From positions 820 to 64,819 of IMG/VR virus record IMGVR_UViG_3300035491_000271: 64,000 bases of DNA; one strand, given 5' to 3'. The notes beneath the pieces were generated by a model. That model saw only the letters and a list, made by a program, of their open reading frames with translations, was not told where the DNA came from and did not search any database. The position numbers and the translations under genes were made by a program. This stretch comes from a virus. Below, piece after piece: positions 25,131 to 33,975 of this stretch (position 1 is its first letter; every line of letters starts with the position of its first letter).

Positions 25131-26732
25131 TTACATCGCCACGCCTTCTACTTGGCTGATCTTCAGCGCGGCTAGGGTGAAAAAAACGTAGCCGATATCG
25201 ATGGGGATCAGATGTGGATGGGTGGTATCGCTGGCTTCGCCTTGGCAGCTCGGACATTTGATCTTCGGCAGTGCAACGTAAGACACTGTCGACTTCTTGA
25301 TCCAGTCAATGATTTCCCGGTTGATCTTATCGCTCAACTGAGGGTCTTCACTGAGCATCTCAAGGATGCGGTCCTTTTCCTCGTATGCATCGTAAGTCAC
25401 CGGGATGCTGTCCGGATCGACGGCGTGTTCGAAAGCCGCTACCCAATGACTGTACTGGCGCAGGTTGGTCAGGGCTCCCGAGCGCATGATGTGCCGAACC
25501 CGGTCCATCTCGTTCAAGCGGGCACCAAACGCCTCGTTGGTTGCCTTGGCGATACCGTCGACCCAAATATGACCAGCGTCGATCTGTTCGGCCAGTGAAG
25601 GCACGCGCAGTACGGCAGTCAGGCCTTTGCCCAATGGCAGGCGTTTCTCGAAGAAGGTAAACTCCTTCTGATACTCCTCCAGCCAAGCGCGGTCGCGTTT
25701 GGTGGTGCGAGAAGCCATCATGCGTGCTTGCTTCTCGTTGATCTTTTCACGATCAACAAACCCCATCCGAGCAAAGTTCAACAGCAGTTCATCGACATGA
25801 CTGCACTTCTCAGGATTGGCCACACACGGCTGACGCAGCGGATAGCCGTCCGGATACATGGCACAGATCAGACCCCAGAGCACTTGTTGATAATCGCGCG
25901 AGCGGATCACCTTAAGCATCTCATCGACGGTGTCGCCGGTTTCGAAGGTGTAATTGACCGATACCATGTGCTCCAGAGCGAAACGCATGTAGGTCTCAAC
26001 GGTGTAGACCTCAATGCTGGAGAACACCATGCCGTTGGTCGAACGACCTAGGTTCATCTTCTCCAAGCGGGTCTTTTGTTCGAAATCCAGCAGCGCCTGG
26101 ACTGTCGGGGCACGGAAGGTGATCCACAGACCGGTGTTCCACAGCGGCACCTGAACCATCGAACCCTGGCCGAAGGATGCGCGGATCGCCAGCACTGGGT
26201 CCTTGATGTTCTGGGTCTTGACTTTGCCCACACCGAGCTTGGTCTCGTTATGCAGGATGTACTGCCCCCACTTACCAGACTTGTCAATGTTGTCGAAGTA
26301 CAGGTCCTGATAGATACCGGACATGCTACGCGCCAGGTTAACCAAACGGCGCTCTTCGCGGGTTAGTTTCTCAGCGCGTTCTTCGGTGAGGTCGTGCAGG
26401 TCACGCGACTCGAGGAGCTTGGCCAGCTCATCGACCCCTACCTTAAGTGCCACGAGGTAGGGCAGTGCCGGGTCAGTTTTCTGCCGCTTGAGAATGGGGT
26501 TCTCAGCCAAGACATGCTCGTTCGGAGAGAAGGCCTCATCCCACATGTCGGTGGTTTCTTCCGACTCGTCTTCACTTAGAGCAGGTGGTTCGTTATTCAT
26601 CTGCTCTGCCGCTTGAAGGGTGGCTGCTTCGAAAGAGGCTGCATTGTCAACATCCGGCACCATTGTCGAAGAAATATCGTCCTCGATAGTGTCCATGCCC
26701 TCGTCGTGAGTATTGTTCAGTTCGTCCGTCAT
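25131..26732 (-). CDS. Conserved protein, putative baseplate-hub/tail assembly chaperone-like
   Basis: 533 aa. Acidic N-terminus, 'TFRAPTV', C..NPEKC, and a C-terminal CPSC zinc knuckle as in gp26/gpG-type proteins. Confidence 0.55.
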   Translation of the reverse strand: MTDELNNTHDEGMDTIEDDISSTMVPDVDNAASFEAATLQAAEQMNNEPPALSEDESEETTDMWDEAFSPNEHVLAENPILKRQKTDPALPYLVALKVGVDELAKLLESRDLHDLTEERAEKLTREERRLVNLARSMSGIYQDLYFDNIDKSGKWGQYILHNETKLGVGKVKTQNIKDPVLAIRASFGQGSMVQVPLWNTGLWITFRAPTVQALLDFEQKTRLEKMNLGRSTNGMVFSSIEVYTVETYMRFALEHMVSVNYTFETGDTVDEMLKVIRSRDYQQVLWGLICAMYPDGYPLRQPCVANPEKCSHVDELLLNFARMGFVDREKINEKQARMMASRTTKRDRAWLEEYQKEFTFFEKRLPLGKGLTAVLRVPSLAEQIDAGHIWVDGIAKATNEAFGARLNEMDRVRHIMRSGALTNLRQYSHWVAAFEHAVDPDSIPVTYDAYEEKDRILEMLSEDPQLSDKINREIIDWIKKSTVSYVALPKIKCPSCQGEASDTTHPHLIPIDIGYVFFTLAALKISQVEGVAM

Positions 26733-26741
26733 GACTCAACC

Positions 26742-27137
26742 TTAATTGGAAACGGTTTGTTCGAGGCTGGCCGTTTCAGCAGCCAGCAGTTCAACCAGTT
26801 CACCGACCAGCGGACTCAAGGCAGCTGTTGCGTCATCGATGAAGGTCACGTAGTCGCCACCGGCCCGGAGGATTTCAGGGTGGTGAGGATGAGATAGCAC
26901 CACACTGGAGATGGTGCGCTTATGGCGCGCGGCGATGGTATTCAGGCGCTCTTGGAATTCAGTGAGGTCGCGCTTGATGAAACTGGCAAGTTGCGCACAA
27001 CGAGTGGCCTTGGCATTATCGCTCCAACGATGAGCGGCTGCATCACGAGTGGCCTTGGCAAAACGATAAAGAAGATTGCGAGACTCTTGCTGGAGTGCCT
27101 CAAGACTCTGACGAGGAGTCATGCGTGAAGTGGTCAT
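26742..27137 (-). CDS. Hypothetical helical protein
   Basis: Probable start MTTSRM (131 aa), co-directional with the 533 aa gene. Confidence 0.65.
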   Translation of the reverse strand: MTTSRMTPRQSLEALQQESRNLLYRFAKATRDAAAHRWSDNAKATRCAQLASFIKRDLTEFQERLNTIAARHKRTISSVVLSHPHHPEILRAGGDYVTFIDDATAALSPLVGELVELLAAETASLEQTVSN

Positions 27138-27233
27138 AACTACAAACCCTAGTGAAATGGAAAACGGACTGGCCAATTATTTGTACTTTACTCATATTAG
27201 GTCGGGTAAACTTTTTTTATTAAGGATGGTGCC

Positions 27234-28067
27234 ATGTTTGAAGAACTCTCCGATATCCTGAAGGGTCGAGTCGACCCGGCCGTGTGGGTCGGCATCAATG
27301 CCATCACCTCAGCGCTGGAGAAGCACAGTGCAACTGTTTGGCAAGAGCGGATCATCACGCTAAGGATGGATGCCAACAACCACGAGATGGGTACTGTGGT
27401 TGAGGAAGCAGTGCACATTATCTACGATCAAGTGCGCGCACTCTTGCAACAAATGCAGATCACGCTGGAACTCGATACGCTGTCGATGGACCGCCTGGCG
27501 ATGATTCTCGAGGCACTGGTATTTACCCCTAACGACTTGGACAGTGAGGCGTTGGCGGCACTGGAAACGGGCGAAGATACTGTCGAAGCCTTCTGCGATG
27601 TGCTGGGTATCTACCTTAACCTCGTACCCGAGGAACTGATGGAGTACGTCATCGATGTCTCCAATCAGACCATCCTGGCGATCCAGGAGAAGCTTGGGCA
27701 GAACCTAAGCTATCGGGAAGAAACCGGCGAAGGCGTGGCCGAAACGGTCCGACTCCTCAATCGTCATCAGCTCTTGGTTGGCGACACACTGACAGTTGGC
27801 ATGGAGTCCCTGAATCAAGGTACGGCGCCCGGCGCGGACATGACCTCGATGGTCCTGGCAAACCGCGGACGTTTGGTCGATCTGGCGCCCGATGCGCTGG
27901 CCGATGAACTGCTGTCGTTGGCAATCCTGTCCAAAACACCATACGATGCCCTGGAAGACGAAGTCATGCACTTTGTCGAAGGCATCCTCAATGACCCATT
28001 CACGATCCAGCGAGCCTTCAAGCGTATTCGTTCGCGCCTGGGTGAGTTGCCGGAGCACACGCCATGA
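27234..28067 (+). CDS. Conserved hypothetical (probable virion) protein
   Basis: 277 aa, acidic and helical. ATGA overlap with the virion RNAP subunit gene. Confidence 0.7.
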   Translation: MFEELSDILKGRVDPAVWVGINAITSALEKHSATVWQERIITLRMDANNHEMGTVVEEAVHIIYDQVRALLQQMQITLELDTLSMDRLAMILEALVFTPNDLDSEALAALETGEDTVEAFCDVLGIYLNLVPEELMEYVIDVSNQTILAIQEKLGQNLSYREETGEGVAETVRLLNRHQLLVGDTLTVGMESLNQGTAPGADMTSMVLANRGRLVDLAPDALADELLSLAILSKTPYDALEDEVMHFVEGILNDPFTIQRAFKRIRSRLGELPEHTP

Positions 28068-29383
28068 AAAAGCAAGACTTTTACATTCAAGCCCTGCTCG
28101 GTGGGGCGTTCCGCCGTAAGGACTGGGTCATCAGTGCCTTCTCGGTGACGCGACCACAAGTCGATGAAGAACACTCGCTGACCGCGTATCAGCTATACAC
28201 CATCTGTTACAACCGTGATTCGACAGAAGTCTATGTTCCCACCTCAGGCGGAGATGAGTGGGTCATCATTGAAGACAGTCCTCCGATGCAGCAGTTGTTC
28301 TTCCCCGGTGATCCGCTGACTGTTACGCCGGAGATGATCCCAAACTGCAAGGCGGCGGTCGAATCTACGTACGGTGATCTATTGTTCAACTGGATCGCGT
28401 TGGTTGAACCCTTTGGCGAACGGATTGACTATCAGGTCGGTCCCGTCAACATCCGTAAGATCGAGCGCATCATTGCGACAAAGCTGGTTGATGATCCGGA
28501 AGTCTCCGGTCGTGAACCGGGGCCTGATGAAATCCCGATCAAGATGTACATGCGCTATGGGCGCTGCATGGGAGCACTGGCAGGATTTACCCAGGTCTTC
28601 GTTCCTACGCTGAGCCCTAAGGCGCTGACTACCGATCCTCGAGTGCGCACTGTGCGTGACGAGCTGCTCGAGAAGAATAAGGAACGCCTGCATGACCCTG
28701 TGGTCGTGGCCGGTATCCAGAACGAGCTGATTGCCATCGACAAAGAATGGATCAAAGACGATCCATCCGAAGGCTTTCTCATCTCGAACAAGACGTTCGG
28801 TACGGCGCGTAAACGGATGTTCCTGATTCACGGTCCGGAAGCAGGCTTCAATGAAGGTGGTAACGCCGAGCTGGTAGTCAATAGCCTGAATGAGGGCTGG
28901 GACACCGATAAGCTGGTGGCGATGTTCAACTCCACTCGCGCCGGTTCATTCTATCGTGGTGCGCTGACCGCACTGGGCGGCGAAGCGGTGAAGTTCTTCA
29001 TGCGCGTCTTCCAGAATACAGCTGTTGGGGAAGAGGACTGCGGATCAACCTTGGGTATCGAACGGATCGTTGAACCGGGACAGTCGGATTACTACGTCGG
29101 GCTATGGGAAATCAAGTCGGACAAGACCAGTCAGGTGATCACCCCTGAACGAGCCAAAGCGCTGGAAGGCAAGAAGTTCGTGAGTCGTTCCCCATTGTTC
29201 TGCAAGACAGGGGCAACCGATTTCTGTGAACGTTGCGTCGGACAAGCCCTGGCTGCTATCCCATACGCCCTAGGTGCTGAGAACGTCTCGGTCGCCTCGA
29301 AGTTCATGGACATCATGATGGCCTCGGCACACGCCAAGGAACTCAAGACGGCCAAACTCAATATCCATGAAGCCTTTACCTAA
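28064..29383 (+). CDS. Virion RNA polymerase beta' C-terminal subunit (phiKZ gp80-like)
   Basis: 439 aa. 'EEDCGSTLG', 'SRSPLFCKT' and 'FCERCVG' zinc-binding motifs of beta'. Confidence 0.85.
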   Translation: MKKQDFYIQALLGGAFRRKDWVISAFSVTRPQVDEEHSLTAYQLYTICYNRDSTEVYVPTSGGDEWVIIEDSPPMQQLFFPGDPLTVTPEMIPNCKAAVESTYGDLLFNWIALVEPFGERIDYQVGPVNIRKIERIIATKLVDDPEVSGREPGPDEIPIKMYMRYGRCMGALAGFTQVFVPTLSPKALTTDPRVRTVRDELLEKNKERLHDPVVVAGIQNELIAIDKEWIKDDPSEGFLISNKTFGTARKRMFLIHGPEAGFNEGGNAELVVNSLNEGWDTDKLVAMFNSTRAGSFYRGALTALGGEAVKFFMRVFQNTAVGEEDCGSTLGIERIVEPGQSDYYVGLWEIKSDKTSQVITPERAKALEGKKFVSRSPLFCKTGATDFCERCVGQALAAIPYALGAENVSVASKFMDIMMASAHAKELKTAKLNIHEAFT

Positions 29384-29394
29384 AGGGTAACCTC

Positions 29395-32313
29395 ATGAGC
29401 ACTAAATACAACGGCAAGTACCCGGCTGCCTGGTCGGAAGGTGATATCGCCTTCTATGAACAGGTGGGTCGGGAACCTGATAAGACCAGCAATGGCCTGT
29501 GGGTCTCAGACAAGACCCGTGAAGCCAAACCCTTAGTTGACTGGACGTTGGCTGAACTGTACGCCCTGGCCAGTAACGAACTGCTCACCGAGCATTCCTC
29601 TGGCAGTGAGGAATTCTACAAGGTCGTACGAGCCAAGGCCCTGCTCGAGCACAAAGACGCCCTGAACTGGGGTGAAGAAGACCTGTACGAATGGTTGTTG
29701 TTCGAGCGCACGCCAGCCAAAAGTCCAAATGGCTATTACATCAATGACCCAGAACGATGGGTCAAGGATGCAGCCGTCTGGAACGACAGTGAGCTGGTCG
29801 ATCTGGGGATGGGTTACTTCGGCGAGCCGGGCAAACGTGAGCTGTATATTCTTGATGAAGCCTGCGGGCGGTTTGATCTGCCGCTTGGCATCACCTGGGA
29901 AGACTACTGCACCTACATCAAAACGTCCGTCAAGCCCGAACTGACCAGCACTGGGGTGTTGATCAATGATCGTCATCGGGCAACCAAGTCCATTGATGAT
30001 TGGTCGGAAGCTGAGCTTAAAGCGTATGCGTTAGGTGAGATCGAAACTGACTCTACCGATAAAGCCTTGCTGACCAAGGCACTGGAAACCTTCGGTGGAG
30101 AATGGTACTGGGATCGTCTGTCATTGATGGTCTGGGTAGCCGATGGGGAAATCCCTGAGTTCGTCCATGCGTATGACGAATACAGTGATGAACAACTCAA
30201 GCGCTTGATTCGTGAGACTCAAGATGCCGAAGCCATCGATGTCCTCGAAGTGCGCCACATCCGTGAACTGGCAGACTGGTGGACAGCCGAGCAGCGGCTG
30301 GCTTATCTGCTCGACGGTATCGAGCCTGTAGCGCCGGTTGTTGAAGAGGTCGTCGAAGATGAACCCGAAACTGAACCTGAGCCTGAAGAACCCGAAGACG
30401 TTCCCGAGGAGTCGCTGGCCGAAGCCGAGCCAGAAGTGGCCGACGTCATTGAAGAAGCCCTCCCCGAAACTGAACCTGAGCCGAGCGTTGAAGTCAGGGC
30501 GCTTGAGTGGACGGACTTGGTGGCAGAAGGCACTGAACTCTTTGATGCAATGGCGGTAACCACCTCCGAAGCCATCATAGCCGATGAGGAGCGCCGCCAG
30601 TATCTCACGGCGTCCAAGTGGAGCTTGGCAGAACTGGTCGGCTGGGCCCGTGATCTCATCCCGTCTGGCATGAATACCACCGATAGCACGCTTGTAAGCG
30701 CCCTACGACGTCACTGTGATGCCTTTACGGCTAACTGGACCGATGATGCTGTCAAACAGTTTATCGGCTTCAAAACGCTTCCTGAAGGCCTTGAGAAAGG
30801 AATGCTGGTTCATGATACGGTGCGAGATCGTACTCATCCCGGTGATTGGTCAGATGCTGAACTACGGGCCTATTTCCGAAACGAAATCCAATCCACACGA
30901 GAGCGCAAGGAAATCTGGCTGAGTGCCTGGGTGCGATTCAATGTCCCCAGTCATTTCACCGATGAGCAGGCGCTAGACTACATCACCACAGGTGTAAAGC
31001 CTGTTGAAGAGGTTGCACCTATCGTGGCTGGCACACCCATCAGCATTGCACAGTTGGATGCATGGCTGGCCGGGACCTTGAAAGTTGAGGATGCGGCAGT
31101 TGAAGAGACTCTCTTCGCGACCGCCCGGCAGCATTACAAGATCGATGTACGCTGGACCGATTCACAGATACTGACGTGGTTCCGCAATGGCACCGAACCC
31201 AAGACCGTTGAAGGCGGGATTCAGATCGAAGACCGCATGCGTGACTCCTCCAGTCCGGTTAGCTGGAATTGGAAGGAATTGCGAGCGTTGGCATTGGGCT
31301 TGATCGAGGCTGACTTTGATCTGCGGAGTGAACCGAGCATGGAACGCATCCGTCGACTGATCGATGTTCAGTTCGGCGTGCGCCCGGCACATTGGTCGGA
31401 TGACGAAGTACTGGACTATCTGCGTGACCAGACCGTACCTAAGGCGTTGGAAAACGGCGTGTACATCAATGACCCCACCCGTGTCCGGAAGCAGGCTGTC
31501 GAATGGCGTGATGCCGAACTCAAGGCGTGGCTGAAGGGTGAGATTACCGCTACAGAGAAAGCCACCGAGCCCGACCTGTGGGAAGAGGTATACGTGCGCT
31601 TTAAGGTTCCAGTCTTCTGGTACCAGGAAGACGCCAGATCGTATGTACTCGATCAGGTCAGTGTACCTGCGACTCCGTCTGGTATCTGGGTCCGTGACCG
31701 AAACCGCGATGCTCGACCTGCCCAACACTGGACGCGTCGTGAAATCAAGGCATGGTGTCGTGGACAGATTCTACCAGGCATCCAAACCACGTCCGAACAA
31801 CTGCTTAAGCGAGCAGTGATGCTGTTCGGCCTGTCTCAATATCTCGATGCTGATACGGTCAAGAAACGTATCAGCGAAATCACTGAGGAATCGATGACCA
31901 TGACTGTCAAGTTTGTTGACGAAGACCTGAAGAGCTACGAAGCAGGTCGTAAAGAGGCTGGGGACAACGGCACCAAGGCCGCTCCCTATCAATCGCTGCT
32001 GGAGCGTTGCATCAACCGTGTACTGCGGCTGGATGGCGAAGACTTCGTGCAGGGGTGGACCGAACTGCTGAACTTCTTCCACAAGAACAGCAAGGGCATC
32101 TGCTCGCCCAAGAAGATCTACGTCGGTGTCGGCCAGATGGCCATTACCCCTAAGGGCCTGCGCACCTTCCAGAACATGACCTCCATCCTGTCGACCACCT
32201 GTGACCCGAGCACCCGTGATCGTTCGGTCAAGCAGATCGACTGGACAGCGGCCTTGAAAGATGTGGCCAATGAGAAGGCTCGTCAGAACCTGCTCGCGTA
32301 CTACGGCATCTAA
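29395..32313 (+). CDS. Large Trp-repeat protein with an acidic linker and a distinct C-terminal domain
   Basis: 972 aa. Seven copies of G-x-x-[IV]-x-D-x-x-R...W-x-x-x-E-L/I, an E/P-rich linker, and a ~137 aa non-repeat C-terminus. Confidence 0.85.
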   Translation: MSTKYNGKYPAAWSEGDIAFYEQVGREPDKTSNGLWVSDKTREAKPLVDWTLAELYALASNELLTEHSSGSEEFYKVVRAKALLEHKDALNWGEEDLYEWLLFERTPAKSPNGYYINDPERWVKDAAVWNDSELVDLGMGYFGEPGKRELYILDEACGRFDLPLGITWEDYCTYIKTSVKPELTSTGVLINDRHRATKSIDDWSEAELKAYALGEIETDSTDKALLTKALETFGGEWYWDRLSLMVWVADGEIPEFVHAYDEYSDEQLKRLIRETQDAEAIDVLEVRHIRELADWWTAEQRLAYLLDGIEPVAPVVEEVVEDEPETEPEPEEPEDVPEESLAEAEPEVADVIEEALPETEPEPSVEVRALEWTDLVAEGTELFDAMAVTTSEAIIADEERRQYLTASKWSLAELVGWARDLIPSGMNTTDSTLVSALRRHCDAFTANWTDDAVKQFIGFKTLPEGLEKGMLVHDTVRDRTHPGDWSDAELRAYFRNEIQSTRERKEIWLSAWVRFNVPSHFTDEQALDYITTGVKPVEEVAPIVAGTPISIAQLDAWLAGTLKVEDAAVEETLFATARQHYKIDVRWTDSQILTWFRNGTEPKTVEGGIQIEDRMRDSSSPVSWNWKELRALALGLIEADFDLRSEPSMERIRRLIDVQFGVRPAHWSDDEVLDYLRDQTVPKALENGVYINDPTRVRKQAVEWRDAELKAWLKGEITATEKATEPDLWEEVYVRFKVPVFWYQEDARSYVLDQVSVPATPSGIWVRDRNRDARPAQHWTRREIKAWCRGQILPGIQTTSEQLLKRAVMLFGLSQYLDADTVKKRISEITEESMTMTVKFVDEDLKSYEAGRKEAGDNGTKAAPYQSLLERCINRVLRLDGEDFVQGWTELLNFFHKNSKGICSPKKIYVGVGQMAITPKGLRTFQNMTSILSTTCDPSTRDRSVKQIDWTAALKDVANEKARQNLLAYYGI
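30364..30482 (+). repeat. 20 nt direct repeat in the acidic linker
   Basis: CCCGAAACTGAACCTGAGCC at 30364 and 30463 (encodes PETEPEP). Confidence 0.8.
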
Positions 32314-32364
32314 GCAAAAGAAAAAAAGACAGCATACAGGGAGGGCTTCGGCCCTCCCTGTATG
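32314..32364. terminator. Terminator/hairpin with CATA...TATG foot between convergent genes
   Basis: CATACAGGGAGGGC TTCG GCCCTCCCTGTATG with an A run on its left (T run on the minus strand). Confidence 0.75.
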
Positions 32365-32375
32365 TCGACTCACAT

Positions 32376-32999
32376 TCAAATGGTATCCGGTCGATCTGCC
32401 ATCTCGGCTTCATGCCGGGTCAGTAACTGATCAATGATGCCGTCCATGTCCTTGAGCAGGTCATTGACCAGCAACGGATTATGCCACCAGCCATGGAGCA
32501 GGTTATGGTGCCGGGCAGTCGGGTCAGTGGACGGTACATTGACCGAGACCTTTAGCAATAATGACGGATCATGATTCCAATCGCGTTCTGTGGAGAACAG
32601 CAGTCGATAATCTTTCCACTCGGCGTACACATGGCTAGCGTCGGTACGACCGTACATGCTTCCATTGAGCAGAGCGCGCAACTGCACCAGCGGATGATCG
32701 AGGTTCTCCTCAGTGACCTCGCCGTCTTTCAAGAAGTAGTGATCCATGAGCAAATGTTTGGGATCGGTCACCTCCCGATGCTCGTCGCCCACCAGACGCT
32801 CGTACAACGGCGTGTACAAGACGTTATCCAGGTATGCCATGTCCATATCCACCGGGATCGGTTCGTGGAACAGCGGCGCGTTGACGAGCCCTACACCCTT
32901 ACCCAAATCCGGCATTGTGATACTCATGGCGCGATTGAACCAACTGATCGTCACTTCCTGAGTATCGGGGAAAGACTTTGACATAGGTAGTTGCGGCAT
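32376..32999 (-). CDS. Hypothetical protein
   Basis: 207 aa with protein-like composition. Confidence 0.7.
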   Translation of the reverse strand: MPQLPMSKSFPDTQEVTISWFNRAMSITMPDLGKGVGLVNAPLFHEPIPVDMDMAYLDNVLYTPLYERLVGDEHREVTDPKHLLMDHYFLKDGEVTEENLDHPLVQLRALLNGSMYGRTDASHVYAEWKDYRLLFSTERDWNHDPSLLLKVSVNVPSTDPTARHHNLLHGWWHNPLLVNDLLKDMDGIIDQLLTRHEAEMADRPDTI

Positions 33000-33372
33000 C
33001 TGGGTTAATCCAGAGTGACGATTCCGTGCTCAGTCCGCGATGGGCGATTGCATACGCTAGGATCATCGTAATCGGGCGTTTACAGGTTTCGCTGTACATG
33101 CCTTTCATAACCGACTTTAGTATCCCTTGCGGAAGCGAATGTTTCTGCCGGTACTGCTGCAGGTACAGCTTAGCAGCTTCGGTCTTGCCATACAGGGCTT
33201 CGTCCCGCTGGGCGGCAACGAGTACACCAACGAGGTCCTGCAGATTGACCTGCAGGGCGTAGAAGGTGCCCTGCAGCTGAGGGTAGGCCGATAGGCCGGG
33301 GTTATTGTTCGTGAGGTTGTCGGACAACAACCCAAGGGCGTTGATCACTTCTTTTTCATTACTGGGGGTCAT
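32899..33372 (-). CDS. Hypothetical protein
   Basis: Probable start MTPSNEK (157 aa). The 3' end overlaps the next gene by ~100 nt. Confidence 0.55.
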   Translation of the reverse strand: MTPSNEKEVINALGLLSDNLTNNNPGLSAYPQLQGTFYALQVNLQDLVGVLVAAQRDEALYGKTEAAKLYLQQYRQKHSLPQGILKSVMKGMYSETCKRPITMILAYAIAHRGLSTESSLWINPDAATTYVKVFPRYSGSDDQLVQSRHEYHNAGFG

Positions 33373-33429
33373 AGCTGGACTTCCTAGTGATGGTCTGTAC
33401 AATAGGTGAAATTGGTTTTTGTTGACCTG

Positions 33430-33927
33430 TTAGAACGTGAAATAAGACAAGGGTGTACCAATACGCATGTCAAACTTCTCGAGGGCATCGTCTAAACTTT
33501 TAGACCCTGGTTTACCTGTAGTGAGTGAGGTAAACAACTGATCGGCTGCTTGACGAGCCATCTTGTTCATCACCTCAGGGTTGGCTTTGGGTGCCGCGGC
33601 GGCGAGCAACTGACGGTCTTGTTTTTGCTTGGCTAACAGCTGTGTGTATTGTTCACGCCACTCCAGCTCATCCATGGCATCTTTGCATACACAGGCGAAA
33701 CCTGAGACGTCCATGCCGATATCACGCTGGATCGGGTACATGTTGTGGCCACAATAAATACAGGTGTGATTAAATCGCCCAGTCTGGATCGCAGAAGTCG
33801 ACTGAGCACCAGAGGTACTGTCCCAACTGATGCGATGGCCCGTTCCGTCTTCGCCATGTTTACTGCCAACAAAGCCGCGACTGAAGTGTTTATGTGATCT
33901 TGGATCGGCATGTGCTGGGATGGCCAT
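33430..33927 (-). CDS. Hypothetical protein with putative zinc ribbon
   Basis: 165 aa with CIYC...CVC and AGGAG SD. Confidence 0.7.
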   Translation of the reverse strand: MAIPAHADPRSHKHFSRGFVGSKHGEDGTGHRISWDSTSGAQSTSAIQTGRFNHTCIYCGHNMYPIQRDIGMDVSGFACVCKDAMDELEWREQYTQLLAKQKQDRQLLAAAAPKANPEVMNKMARQAADQLFTSLTTGKPGSKSLDDALEKFDMRIGTPLSYFTF

Positions 33928-33975
33928 AAATTCTCCTAATGGATAAAATAGGAGAGGGGCATTGCCCCTCTCCGG

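Noticed and set aside
32899-32999. 100 nt overlap between two minus-strand ORFs as a possible recoding site
   Set aside because: No slippery sequence or other signal is visible; it may be a simple overlap or a lost stop codon.
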